Assembly (NCBI GenBank): GCA_945868435.1
Contig: CAMBLG010000008.1
Coordinates: 14,894 to 78,893, forward strand
Reading direction: 5' to 3'
DNA from: an uncultured Lachnospiraceae bacterium
GTDB lineage: Bacteria; Bacillota; Clostridia; Lachnospirales; Lachnospiraceae
Length of the DNA stretch: 64,000 nucleotides
Numbering within the stretch: the stretch's first letter is position 1; each line of letters opens with the position of its first letter. A program made the translations under genes and the position numbers. This document shows, piece by piece, positions 47,758 through 58,127 of the stretch. The notes under the pieces were generated by a model. The model saw only the letters and a program-made list of their open reading frames with translations. It had not been told where the DNA came from and made no database searches.

Positions 47758-50553
47758 CTATTTCTGCGACAAGCGTTCCTTCATTTTCAACACCGCAGAC
47801 AATGCAGACATATAGTCCTCCATCTCCAGTTTCTTGCGGATCGACTCCAGCTCTGCATCCAGACACACACCACAATAGATACTGTCTTCCAGTTCATCCA
47901 CCACACACTGCATAGTCTCATGATCGAGCGCGTAGACCGCCTCCTCCAGTGTCTCTGCCAACCGGTCGAACGCCTCCTCGGAAAGTTCTTTTCTCACCTT
48001 AGTCTCCCTGGATTCGTTCATCTTGCATTCGTCTTCTGTATCACTATCCCGTGTCAGCAACGACTCTAAGACCTCCAGAATCCGCTTATATTCCTGCATC
48101 ATCGGCGCATGGAAGGACATGATAAAATGCACATCCATCGCCTTAGCGGCAGACTCAAGCTTCTTTGCCATGTCAGACAGCTGAATCGCACCGATGCTCA
48201 TCATCGAACTCTTCAACGCATGCACATAAATCGCATACTCATTCCAGTCCTTCTTTTCATACAGCTCCTCCAGCTTATCCCGGTTGTCCCAACCATCATC
48301 CCGATGCATCTGCAGAACTTCCATATACCCTTCCAGGCTTCCGCAATACAAAATGCCTTTCTGCGGATCCAGCTCATGCTTCTCAAGTTCCTCCAGCAGC
48401 CACTGTTCGTCCCTCGTTTCTCCTCTTTGTCCCACTTCACAGGACTCCGCCCGGACAGACAATGGATTCTCGTTATTCTCTTCTTTCTGAACCAGTTTTT
48501 TCTCCGGGATAAATCGCCTGAGAATACGCTCCAGTGCAGACAGTTCGATGGGCTTTGCCAGAAAACCGGAAAAGCCTTCCGACAAAAACATTTCCCGCAT
48601 ACCGGACACAGCATTGGCAGTCAATGCCACAACCGGCAGCATTTTGTAATATTTTCCCGGCATACTGCGAATTCTCCTCAATGCCTCAATCCCATCCATT
48701 TCCGGCATCATATGGTCCATAAACACCAGATCGAAATCCCTTTTCTCCAGACACTCCAAAGCCTTTGCACCGCTTTCTGCCATTATAAGCTGTATTTTAT
48801 ATGGTTTCAACAGATTTTCCAGCACCTTCAGGTTCATCCGGTTATCATCTACGGCAAGAATTCTGGCCTCCGGTGCTTCGAACCGTTCTCTGTGACTGGT
48901 GTTCTGATTAATCCCCTCCACCGTAGTCTCTCCGTTTAACGTTCGTATAACAGAGATCGTAGAAAGCGGCTTATAAATTCTTAAAAATCCGGGATTTACC
49001 ACCTTCTCTTCTTCAAACCGGTCAAGAACCACAACAATGGAGATCTGTTTTGCCAATTGATCAAAATAGCCTGGTTCTTCCAAATACTCTTTCACGCTGA
49101 TAAACACATGGGTGAAATACGCCCGTTCAATTTTACGTTTGAGTTCCAGAAGATTTCGGCATACACTACAGGATACGCCTGCCTGTGCCACAATATGCCG
49201 AATAAAATTTGCATACGCGTCACGTATTTCCATACGTTCAAATTGTTCCATGTCAATATATACGGCCACATGAAGCTCCTTCGGATTCCGTATCGGCAGA
49301 GTCGGCTCCCAGTCCACCACTTTCTGCGGAATCGTAAACTGAAGCCGGCTGCCTTTTCCAAACTCGCTCTGTACAGACATAAAACCACCCATTTTGTTGA
49401 TGATTGCCTTGGAAATTGCAAGTCCCAGACCGATTCCACCCTCCTGACGATTTCTTTTGCTGTCAACCTGACTGAAAACCGTAAAAATCTTCTCGATATG
49501 CTCTTTTCTCATTCCAATACCGGAATCTTTCACCGTAACCGTAAGATTGACACCATAGTCCTCTTTCCGATAGGATATGCAGATACTGACAGCGCCCTCC
49601 TCTGTAAATTTGATGGCATTACTGACCAGGTTCATGATTACACGGCGGATTTTCTGTTCATCTCCCACCATGACAGACGGAAGTGTAGGGTCCATCTCAA
49701 GCACCAGTTCAATCGGCTTATCTGCCTTCTTTGCGGCACTCATATGAATCACATCATTGGCCAGTGATGCAATGCAGTATTCCTCCTCCTCCAACTCTAC
49801 ATGGTCTGCCTGTAATTCGGAAAAGTCTAAAATATCACTTACCACAGACAGCAGATTCTGCCCCGCATTTTGAATGCTGAACACCTCTTCCCGCATCTGC
49901 TCCGGAATATGTTCCCTGAGAATGGTGTCACTCATACCACAGATGGTATTGATCGGAGTTCGAATCTCATGGCTGACATTCGCGAGAAAATCGTCCCTGC
50001 TCCGCTCCGCATCCTTCAGTTCCTCGATTCGTGTATCCTTCTCCTGGCATACTTCTCCCTGCCTTTGAATCACAGAGTACACAACAAACTGTACGATATA
50101 TAAAGTTGCAATCTGAATCGCAAGTCTCACATCCTTAAGCGTTCCCGTAAAGTAAAGACTTTTTGAGATGAAAAGATGATACATAAGCTCAAAGGTGTAT
50201 GCGATCAATGTAATGTTAATCAGCTTAGGCAAACCATATAGCACAATAATCAAGGTTGCGGCTACCATACTTGAAAAGCTTTCCTCAATCCGTTCCACAT
50301 GGAGCAGATAAAGCAGCATGGATAACTGAAACATCCCATAGGTCAGATAAGCACGAAACCGGTAGTCTTTGTAGCGAAGCAGGTAAAACATCCATGTCAA
50401 CACAAAAAAGACAACAACCGTGATCAGATCCCACGTTGCCCAGTGATGTGCCATAATAAGTGCCATAAAGCTGATTGCATATAACGTGCAGATAATCAGC
50501 ACAATCAGTTCTATATTTCGCTGTCTTTTTGTGTCATATTCAACATAATTCAT
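47758..50553 (-). CDS. Membrane hybrid histidine kinase with REC and HPt domains
   Basis: N-terminal TM helices, SHEIRTP, NAIKFT, REC AVDDNRMN..MDHMMP, HPt VHALKSS. Confidence 0.9.
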   Translation of the reverse strand: MNYVEYDTKRQRNIELIVLIICTLYAISFMALIMAHHWATWDLITVVVFFVLTWMFYLLRYKDYRFRAYLTYGMFQLSMLLYLLHVERIEESFSSMVAATLIIVLYGLPKLINITLIAYTFELMYHLFISKSLYFTGTLKDVRLAIQIATLYIVQFVVYSVIQRQGEVCQEKDTRIEELKDAERSRDDFLANVSHEIRTPINTICGMSDTILREHIPEQMREEVFSIQNAGQNLLSVVSDILDFSELQADHVELEEEEYCIASLANDVIHMSAAKKADKPIELVLEMDPTLPSVMVGDEQKIRRVIMNLVSNAIKFTEEGAVSICISYRKEDYGVNLTVTVKDSGIGMRKEHIEKIFTVFSQVDSKRNRQEGGIGLGLAISKAIINKMGGFMSVQSEFGKGSRLQFTIPQKVVDWEPTLPIRNPKELHVAVYIDMEQFERMEIRDAYANFIRHIVAQAGVSCSVCRNLLELKRKIERAYFTHVFISVKEYLEEPGYFDQLAKQISIVVVLDRFEEEKVVNPGFLRIYKPLSTISVIRTLNGETTVEGINQNTSHRERFEAPEARILAVDDNRMNLKVLENLLKPYKIQLIMAESGAKALECLEKRDFDLVFMDHMMPEMDGIEALRRIRSMPGKYYKMLPVVALTANAVSGMREMFLSEGFSGFLAKPIELSALERILRRFIPEKKLVQKEENNENPLSVRAESCEVGQRGETRDEQWLLEELEKHELDPQKGILYCGSLEGYMEVLQMHRDDGWDNRDKLEELYEKKDWNEYAIYVHALKSSMMSIGAIQLSDMAKKLESAAKAMDVHFIMSFHAPMMQEYKRILEVLESLLTRDSDTEDECKMNESRETKVRKELSEEAFDRLAETLEEAVYALDHETMQCVVDELEDSIYCGVCLDAELESIRKKLEMEDYMSALSAVLKMKERLSQK

Positions 50554-50565
50554 GCGCTATCTCCC

Positions 50566-50597
50566 AAAAAAACCGGCGTCGCATCTCGACGCCGGTA
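50566..50597 (-). terminator. Intrinsic terminator after the MCP gene
   Basis: Minus strand ACCGGCGTCG-agatg-CGACGCCGGT followed by a T run. Confidence 0.88.
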
Positions 50598-50610
50598 GTC
50601 TGTCTGACCA

Positions 50611-51981
50611 TTAATATTTACCAAAATCCTCGCCCAGCGAAATAATCGGTTCAGCCGTCCTGTCAGCCTCTTCGACCGGAGCCTTGTGAACATTTCCGGT
50701 CTGTGGAATTCTTTCATAACTGTCTGTACCATTTCCAAGACGATATACAGACAACAATTCCCGCATACGGACTGCCTGATTTGACAGCTCTTCAGAAGCT
50801 GCTGCACACTGCTCACTGGTAGCGGAGTTGGTCTGTACCACCTGCGATACCTGACCGATGGCCTGATTGATCTGTGCCACTGCTGTCGCCTGATAATTGG
50901 AGGAATCCGCGATCTCACGAATCATACCCTCACTCTGGCTGACATCCCCCGTGATAGCGTCTAACGCCTGAGCCGTATCGTCCGCAATCTTGGAACCGGC
51001 CGCAACCTTATGGATGGAGTCTTCGATCAGTTCTGCTGTCTCCGCAGCCGCTGCCGCACTCTTGGCTGCAAGATTACGAACTTCCTCAGCCACAACGGCA
51101 AATCCCTTGCCGGCCTCTCCTGCTCTTGCGGCCTCAACAGCTGCATTCAGTGCCAGAATATTCGTCTGAAATGCAATATCGTCGATGACCTTGATGATCT
51201 TGGAGATACTCTCAGAGGCATTGTTGATTTCCTCCATAGCGGCCATCAGATCCTGCATCTGTACATTGCCCTGTTTCACATCCTTCAATGCTTTTGTCAT
51301 AAGCGTTGACGCTTCTGTTGCCTGACCTGCATTCTGTTTTGTCTTCTGCGCAATCTCGCTGATGGAAGCAGTAATCTGCTCAATTGCGCTGGCCTGCTCT
51401 GTGGAACCCTGCGCCAGGGACTCGCTGGCACTGGCCACCTGTGAGGCACTTGTCATGACCTGATAAGCGGCATCATTGATGTTGGTAAGTGCGTGATGGT
51501 TGCGTTCTACCAAAGTCTTAAGTGCATTGCCAAGTACATCGACATTACTTCTCGGCAGAACATTCACCGTCAGGTTACCGTCTGCAACCTTATCTGCAAT
51601 CTCAGCCAGATATCTGGTATTATCAATAACCGTCTGAAACTCATCAATGATTGTACCAAACTCGTCGTTCCTATATTTTTCCAACGTCACATCCACTTCA
51701 CCGGCCGCAATCTTCTTGGTTGCCTCCGTCACTTTCTCGGATCCTTTTCTCAGTGCCTTTGGAATCGTGATAGAAAGAAATGTCATAATTGACATCAGTA
51801 TCACAAACATAACTACTGTATAGATGTCATAACTGCGTAAATAATGCTCCGGATTCTCCATACTAAGGATGTCATGCATGGAATTACGGCTGAATATCAA
51901 TGTAGCGATCATGCAGATATCAATCGCAACTAATGCGGTAAGCAATTTTGTGTACAATTTTGTTATTTTCTTTTTCTTCAT
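50611..51981 (-). CDS. Methyl-accepting chemotaxis protein
   Basis: 2 TM helices, HAMP region, [37 protein letters not shown] hairpin, C-terminal DFGKY. Confidence 0.96.
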   Translation of the reverse strand: MKKKKITKLYTKLLTALVAIDICMIATLIFSRNSMHDILSMENPEHYLRSYDIYTVVMFVILMSIMTFLSITIPKALRKGSEKVTEATKKIAAGEVDVTLEKYRNDEFGTIIDEFQTVIDNTRYLAEIADKVADGNLTVNVLPRSNVDVLGNALKTLVERNHHALTNINDAAYQVMTSASQVASASESLAQGSTEQASAIEQITASISEIAQKTKQNAGQATEASTLMTKALKDVKQGNVQMQDLMAAMEEINNASESISKIIKVIDDIAFQTNILALNAAVEAARAGEAGKGFAVVAEEVRNLAAKSAAAAAETAELIEDSIHKVAAGSKIADDTAQALDAITGDVSQSEGMIREIADSSNYQATAVAQINQAIGQVSQVVQTNSATSEQCAAASEELSNQAVRMRELLSVYRLGNGTDSYERIPQTGNVHKAPVEEADRTAEPIISLGEDFGKY

Positions 51982-51983
51982 GT

Positions 51984-52487
51984 CTATTCTTCTCCTTCTC
52001 CGTTTTCCTCTTCTGTTTCCACCTGGTTGATTACCGCCAGGTCTTCATCATTCAACAACCGGTCCGGGTCTAATAGCAGCTTCACTGCATCCCCCACCTT
52101 GCCGATTGCATATACATACTTATTCTGAGACTTGTCGGCTTTCCCAATCGTTGGAGACGGAAGAATGTTTTCCTCCTGTATCTCAACCACCTCTGCGATT
52201 TTTTCCACAATCAGCCCCACCACCGTATCACGGAAATTAATCACTATGATACAGGTTCTGTCATTGTACTCGAAGGGCTCCTGTTTAAATCGTATCCGCA
52301 CATCAATGACGGGAATGATCTTGCCTCTCAGATTAATCAACCCCTTAATGTAATCCTCACTCTCCGGGATCTCCGTAATCTCCTGAAAAACAATGATCTC
52401 GTTGACATACTCAATTTTCAATCCGAAGTATTCGTTTCCCGATTTGAAGGTCACATACTTATCTTTTTGCGTATCGTGCTCCACCAT
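51984..52487 (-). CDS. cheW: Chemotaxis adaptor CheW
   Basis: [22 protein letters not shown]. Confidence 0.94.
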   Translation of the reverse strand: MVEHDTQKDKYVTFKSGNEYFGLKIEYVNEIIVFQEITEIPESEDYIKGLINLRGKIIPVIDVRIRFKQEPFEYNDRTCIIVINFRDTVVGLIVEKIAEVVEIQEENILPSPTIGKADKSQNKYVYAIGKVGDAVKLLLDPDRLLNDEDLAVINQVETEEENGEGEE

Positions 52488-52528
52488 ATTTTCTGCTTCC
52501 TTTCTTCTGCATGGTATCTTCCGGCGTT

Positions 52529-54682
52529 CTACTCGCTCACTCCTCCCGGATCAAGAATCAATGCGATACTTCCGTCTCCCAGCTGCGTACAACCGGAAAG
52601 TCCTCTCACCTTTTTCACATAGGACGGAATCGGCTTTACTACAATCTCCTGCTTTCCGATCAGATTGTCCACAAACAGGCAGATCTGACGGCCCTCTACC
52701 TCTAGAATGACCATCATTCCCTCTTCCACATTGGTTTTATATCCCGACAGATGATACCAGTCACCCAGCCTTCTTACCGGATAACATTCGCCTCTGATCA
52801 TAACACTCTCAACTCCTGACGGGTCATGGATCATCATATCCTCCGTCACACTGACAAACTCTTTGACAACTCCGGTCTCAATAACAAAATTCTGATTGCC
52901 GACCTTCATGACAATACCGTCAATGATTGCAAGCGTCAGCGGAATTTTCAGATACATGATACTACCTTCACCGGGCGTACTCTCGATTTCCAGTGTACCG
53001 CCAATCTGCTGCAGATTGGACACAACCACATCCATTCCCACACCTCGGCCGGAATACTCCGTGACGGTCTCATTGGTCGAGAATCCGGGAAGAGTAATGA
53101 ACTGATATACTTCCTTATCGGAGTATACGCTATCCGGCTTTGTCGGATCAAGAAGTCCATTCTTTCTTGCTTTCGCCAAAATCTTGACACGATCCAGCCC
53201 TGCACCGTCATCCTGTACCCCGATCCAGACCTTGCCGGACTCGGTCTTGGCCGACAACGTTACCTTACCCTTTTCCGACTTTCCGGCCGCCAGACGTTCT
53301 TCCTTTGTCTCAATTCCATGATCCACGGAATTTCTTACCAGATGCATCAGCGGGTCAGAAATATGCTCAATAATATTTTTATCTACCTCGGTAGTCTCAC
53401 CGATCATTTCAAATTCAATATCTTTGCCAAGCTTTCTGGAAACATCAAAGACGATACGGTTCATTTTCTGGAACGTGTTTGTCAGCGGAACCATTCGCAT
53501 GGACATAATCACATTTTGCAAATCCGTCGAAATCTTGGACATCTGTGCAGCGGCCTTATTAAAATTGTCCAGTTTAAGCCCCGGCACCTTCAAATCCGGA
53601 TTTTGCAATACCACCGATTCCGAAATAACAAGCTCTCCGATCAGATCCATCAGCATATCCATCTTGCTGATGTCTACACTGATAAAGGTTGCTTTTTCCG
53701 CCTTCCTTGGTTTGTCCTTTGCCAGCTTTTTGGACTGTCCCGGTGCTTTAGACTGGATGACAAAGTCACCAGGCGCAGGTGCCTTGGTCTCCTGTTCCTT
53801 TTGGATCTTAGCCTCTGCCTTTGCCTCAATCTCCTCCACACTGGAATTCAGATCAATGCGAATTTCAGAACCAATTCCATCAAAGCCCTGCTGAAACTCG
53901 GCCGCCGTGCATTCATAGATATCTACCTTTTTGATATCATACCCCGGCTTTATGATGGTCCGAAGTTCCTCCTCGGTACTCTGGGACTGTAAAAGGATTT
54001 TAAAACCGTCATCGATAATCCTCTGTGCGCTGCTCTCATCCGTGATGATGTCCTCCGGAGAATACATCAGGTCTTCCGCAATCTCCTTCAGTGCATATAC
54101 AATCTTGTAAGCATGCACATTGGCAAGTTCTATCTCGGGATAATACTCCAGATAGATCCGATAAAAATGACTGGAAGCGGATGCCATAGGCGCAATATAG
54201 AACTGCTGAGCCGCAGGAGCTTCTTTCTTCACCTCCGCTTTCGGTTTCTCCTCTGTTGTATCAACACCGTTCTCGCCTTTGATCTTGGCAAGGAACTTGT
54301 CCAATTTTTCGATCAGCTGAGAGGAATCGCCGTCTGCCTCCTCACCATCCTGAATCTTGTCCAACTCTCCGCTGATAAAATCAGCCACATCCAGTACATG
54401 GGTCACAAGTTCCACATGCGGAACGTTCTGGGGATGGGATTCTCTCAGATAATAAAATACATCCTCCAGTTTATGAGCAACCTTTGTAATGTCGTCGAAC
54501 ATCATAATTGCGGATGAACCCTTGATTGTATGCATCGCACGAAAGATCTCGTTAATGCTGTCCTCGTCAAAGTACTCTTCATCCTTTTGATCAAGAACGA
54601 TTTCCTGCAGGTTTTCCAGAAGCTGGGAATTCTCAAAAAGATACATTCCCAGCATGTCGTCCGTGTTAAAGTCCTCCGCCAT
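52529..54682 (-). CDS. cheA: Chemotaxis kinase CheA
   Basis: FRAMHTIKG P1, LIGELVI, HLVRNSVDHGIE, SGRGVGMDVV, PLTLAII, C-terminal CheW-like P5. Confidence 0.97.
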   Translation of the reverse strand: MAEDFNTDDMLGMYLFENSQLLENLQEIVLDQKDEEYFDEDSINEIFRAMHTIKGSSAIMMFDDITKVAHKLEDVFYYLRESHPQNVPHVELVTHVLDVADFISGELDKIQDGEEADGDSSQLIEKLDKFLAKIKGENGVDTTEEKPKAEVKKEAPAAQQFYIAPMASASSHFYRIYLEYYPEIELANVHAYKIVYALKEIAEDLMYSPEDIITDESSAQRIIDDGFKILLQSQSTEEELRTIIKPGYDIKKVDIYECTAAEFQQGFDGIGSEIRIDLNSSVEEIEAKAEAKIQKEQETKAPAPGDFVIQSKAPGQSKKLAKDKPRKAEKATFISVDISKMDMLMDLIGELVISESVVLQNPDLKVPGLKLDNFNKAAAQMSKISTDLQNVIMSMRMVPLTNTFQKMNRIVFDVSRKLGKDIEFEMIGETTEVDKNIIEHISDPLMHLVRNSVDHGIETKEERLAAGKSEKGKVTLSAKTESGKVWIGVQDDGAGLDRVKILAKARKNGLLDPTKPDSVYSDKEVYQFITLPGFSTNETVTEYSGRGVGMDVVVSNLQQIGGTLEIESTPGEGSIMYLKIPLTLAIIDGIVMKVGNQNFVIETGVVKEFVSVTEDMMIHDPSGVESVMIRGECYPVRRLGDWYHLSGYKTNVEEGMMVILEVEGRQICLFVDNLIGKQEIVVKPIPSYVKKVRGLSGCTQLGDGSIALILDPGGVSE

Positions 54683-54714
54683 ATCGTTCTCCTTTCTCTT
54701 TTTGTATCACACTT

Positions 54715-55107
54715 CTAGATCATTCCCAGTTTTTGCAATGCCTGCTCAAACTTCGCCTGATCAATGGGCTTACCGGAATACACCGTGCATCCCAGCTCAA
54801 ATGCCATTTTCACATTCTTCTCATCATTCAATGCAGTGGCCATAATAACCTTCGCCTGCTTCTCTTCCGGCACATTATGCGCCTTCTCCAAATTGCGGAT
54901 TCCAACCAATGCCTGGTAACCGTCCATCACCGGCATCATGATATCCAGGCACACCAGATCATACGGATCATCATCCTCCAATGCCATCATATATGCATCG
55001 ACGGCTTCCATTCCATCTACCGTAACATCACAATCCCCATACTTCGACAGGAAATTCGCCATAAACTTTCTTGTGACAAAATCATCTTCTGCCAATAAAA
55101 TCTTCAT
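54715..55107 (-). CDS. cheY: Single-domain response regulator (CheY-like)
   Basis: LLAEDD, CLDIMMPVMDG, MATA, KPI; lies between cheB and cheA. Confidence 0.8.
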   Translation of the reverse strand: MKILLAEDDFVTRKFMANFLSKYGDCDVTVDGMEAVDAYMMALEDDDPYDLVCLDIMMPVMDGYQALVGIRNLEKAHNVPEEKQAKVIMATALNDEKNVKMAFELGCTVYSGKPIDQAKFEQALQKLGMI

Positions 55108-55117
55108 CGTATACCTC

Positions 55118-56161
55118 CTACATTTTGTTCAACAAGCTGTATGTTCTCTTTGGAATATCGCCGAGCTTCTCCTGGTACTGCACTGCTCCGAGATCGTAAG
55201 CAACCTTCGGCATTCCATATACTACACAGGTGGACTCATCCTGACCAATGGTTTTCGCGCCGGCTTCCTTCATGGCTAAAAGCCCTTTTGCACCGTCTCC
55301 CCCCATTCCGGTCAAAATAATGCCAAGTGCACGATTTCCGACCACTTTTGCAACGGAATCAAACAACACATCCACGGATGGACAATGACCGTTCACCTTC
55401 GGGCCCGCCTTGCACTCTACCTGATATTGATTTCCAACTTTCACGACTCTCATATGCCGGTCTCCCCCGGGAGCAATGAGAACCTGCCCGGGCATAACCA
55501 CATCTCCGGTCTCAGCCTCTTTCACTCTCACCCGACACTGGTCATCCAGTCTTTTTGCATACATCTGGGTAAATCCCGCCGGCATATGCTGAACGATCAC
55601 AACCCCCGGGATATCTGTACCGAATTCCTTAATGACAGAAGCAATCGCCTCCGTTCCTCCGGTGGAAGCACCGATTGCAACCATAAGATTTCTGTCCTTA
55701 TCTGTACCACGCAGACCCACGGATGCGTGTTCCGCAAGATCAAGAGTCTTTTTCTTAATTCCGCTGATTCTCGCCGTGGACGCAATCTTAATCTTGAGCG
55801 GAAGCTCTGTTTTTAAAAACGATTCCAGCTGGGCTCTGTCTGAGTTTCTCGGCTTGGCAACGAAATCCACCGCGCCGGCCTGCAGTGCATCAAACACCTT
55901 GTCGCTCAAAGAGCTTATCATAACAACCGGAAGCGGATATTGCGGCATCAGCTTTCTCAAAAATTCAATTCCATCCATGCGTGGCAGCTCGACATCCAGA
56001 GTCATGACATCCGGTCTGTGCTCCAATATAGCATCTCTGGCCTGAAAAGCATCCCCTACTGCAGCTACAACTTCTATGGCCGGATCACTCTTCAAGCATG
56101 CAACCAACAGTTCCCGAAAGACCAGCGAGTCGTCAACCACCAATACTCTTATCTGGCGCAT
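55118..56161 (-). CDS. cheB: Chemotaxis methylesterase CheB
   Basis: REC domain plus IGASTGG, VQHMP, PSVDVLF, LTGMGGDG. Confidence 0.97.
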   Translation of the reverse strand: MRQIRVLVVDDSLVFRELLVACLKSDPAIEVVAAVGDAFQARDAILEHRPDVMTLDVELPRMDGIEFLRKLMPQYPLPVVMISSLSDKVFDALQAGAVDFVAKPRNSDRAQLESFLKTELPLKIKIASTARISGIKKKTLDLAEHASVGLRGTDKDRNLMVAIGASTGGTEAIASVIKEFGTDIPGVVIVQHMPAGFTQMYAKRLDDQCRVRVKEAETGDVVMPGQVLIAPGGDRHMRVVKVGNQYQVECKAGPKVNGHCPSVDVLFDSVAKVVGNRALGIILTGMGGDGAKGLLAMKEAGAKTIGQDESTCVVYGMPKVAYDLGAVQYQEKLGDIPKRTYSLLNKM

Positions 56162-56162
56162 A

Positions 56163-57002
56163 TCAATTAATTCCTTCCTGTTTTCTAAATATGGACGGTT
56201 TGATCATGGTAAAAGGCGTTGTTCCGCGATCAAGCGTCTCCGTCCTTCCTATAAACAGATAACCGCCCGGCACTAAGGTATCATACACCTTTCGAATCAG
56301 TTCTGTTTTGGTCTTATCATCAAAATATATCATAACATTCCGAAGAAAGATGACATGCATCTGTTTGCGGAATGGAAATTCATCCATAAGATTAAATTTA
56401 CGAAACAACACTTCTTTTTTTAATTCATCAGTAGCCCGATATTGCTCTCCATCCGGCAACGCGCGGAAAAACCGCCTTTTCCAGGCTTCCGGCAGCGCAT
56501 TTACCTGCTCGCTGCTGTACACACCCCGCATGGCCTGCTGCAGCACATTGGTGGAAATATCCGTTGCGAGCACCTGCGTATCCCAGTCGTCAAATTCCAG
56601 CCCGAAGAACTCCGCAAGCACCATTGCAATTGCATAGGGTTCCTCCCCTGTAGAGGATGCCCCACACCAGATACGAACATCTTTGCTGCGCTGCTCTCTC
56701 TGGCGAATCCAGGGAAGAACTTCCTGCTTTAGATAATCAAAATGCTCGGATTCCCTCATAAAAAATGTATGATTGGTGGTCAGCATATTCACAAGCTTTT
56801 TTTCTAAAGATCCGCTTACATCCTGATCCATGGCATCCATAAACTCTGTATAGCTGTTCCACTCGCTGGACCTAAGGAAATTATCCATTCTTCCATTCAT
56901 AATCTCCTTTTTCCGGCTCATGTCAATTCCATACCGCGTTTTTAAGAAGCGGTAGATCCGATTAAATTCTGCGTCTGTCATCACCGTCGTATAATCAGAC
57001 AT
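56163..57002 (-). CDS. cheR: Chemotaxis methyltransferase CheR
   Basis: TTNHTFFMRE, SSTGEEPY, ATDIS, RNVMIYFD. Confidence 0.96.
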   Translation of the reverse strand: MSDYTTVMTDAEFNRIYRFLKTRYGIDMSRKKEIMNGRMDNFLRSSEWNSYTEFMDAMDQDVSGSLEKKLVNMLTTNHTFFMRESEHFDYLKQEVLPWIRQREQRSKDVRIWCGASSTGEEPYAIAMVLAEFFGLEFDDWDTQVLATDISTNVLQQAMRGVYSSEQVNALPEAWKRRFFRALPDGEQYRATDELKKEVLFRKFNLMDEFPFRKQMHVIFLRNVMIYFDDKTKTELIRKVYDTLVPGGYLFIGRTETLDRGTTPFTMIKPSIFRKQEGIN

Positions 57003-57038
57003 ATTTCACCTCTTTTGTAACCATACTTCCGCTCCGTC

Positions 57039-58097
57039 TCAGTGAAGCTGACGGGAAATCTTCTTACATATATCAACCAATTCGGGATTAAACTTCACAC
57101 CGGATTCCAGATCCAGGATTTCAAGGGTATCCTCTCTGGAATACGAACTTCTGTATCCGCGCGATTCCGTAAGTGCACAAAAAGCACCCATAAGCGCCAC
57201 CACCTGCGCCGCCAGAGGAATCGCATCCCCCTTCAGACCGCAGGGATAACCGCTGCCATCCCAGTTTTCATGATGATAATGTGCAATCTCCATGGACATC
57301 TGAATAAAATCATTGTAATCATCCGCAAGCACATCCTTTAAGATATCCGCCCCCACAGTCGTATGCGTATGAATCAGTTCCACCTCATCCTTAGTCAGCC
57401 TTTCTGTCTTGGTCAGGATCTCACTTGGAATAGCCACATTGCCCAAATCCTGCAGTGGTGCGGCAATTGATATGGTCTCCACAAAGCTGTCGGAAACCAG
57501 ATCCTCATACTTTGGCGAGAGCTGCATTGCGCGGGAAAACACCTTACTGTTGTACTGCAGCCGCTCCATATGGTCCTCGTCATAACCGGCACTCTTTCTG
57601 GCCACACTGACCATGGCATAGAGAACCTTCTTTTTCTCTTTTTCCATCTGTATCAGCTGCTCATTGACAGACGCCTGCAGCCGCCTGTTGGTTTCGGCCA
57701 GTTCCTGCGCTGCCTGATGCAGCTTTAAATGTGTGCTGACACGAGCCTGCACAACTTCCTGAATAAACGGCTTTGTGATATAGTCCTCACCGCCAAGACT
57801 AAAACCGGTAATAATATCATCCGGCTCATCATACGCAGAAATAAAAATAATCGGGATATCTCTTGTCACAGGATCTTCCTTCATGAGCCTGCAAAATTCG
57901 TATCCATCCATCTCCGGCATGGAAACATCCAAAAGGATCAGCTGAGGGCGATGTCTCTCGACAATGCGAAGCGCCTGCACACCATTCTCCGCAAGAATCG
58001 GCTGCAGTCCCATATCGGTTATTATATTGCGCAAAACAAATCGATTGGTCTCAACATCGTCAACGATGAGAATCCATGGCGTATCCCTTCTGTCCAT
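57039..58097 (-). CDS. REC-HD-GYP protein with degenerate active site
   Basis: REC domain, HHENWDGSGYP; HD motif reads LQDLG. Confidence 0.88.
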   Translation of the reverse strand: MDRRDTPWILIVDDVETNRFVLRNIITDMGLQPILAENGVQALRIVERHRPQLILLDVSMPEMDGYEFCRLMKEDPVTRDIPIIFISAYDEPDDIITGFSLGGEDYITKPFIQEVVQARVSTHLKLHQAAQELAETNRRLQASVNEQLIQMEKEKKKVLYAMVSVARKSAGYDEDHMERLQYNSKVFSRAMQLSPKYEDLVSDSFVETISIAAPLQDLGNVAIPSEILTKTERLTKDEVELIHTHTTVGADILKDVLADDYNDFIQMSMEIAHYHHENWDGSGYPCGLKGDAIPLAAQVVALMGAFCALTESRGYRSSYSREDTLEILDLESGVKFNPELVDICKKISRQLH

Positions 58098-58127
58098 GCG
58101 TTTCCATCTCCATCTTTTACTACACTT

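Noticed and set aside
52826-53992. 388 aa plus-strand ORF, and similar long antisense ORFs at 32583, 33987 and 38471
   Set aside because: Shadow frames opposite well-supported genes.
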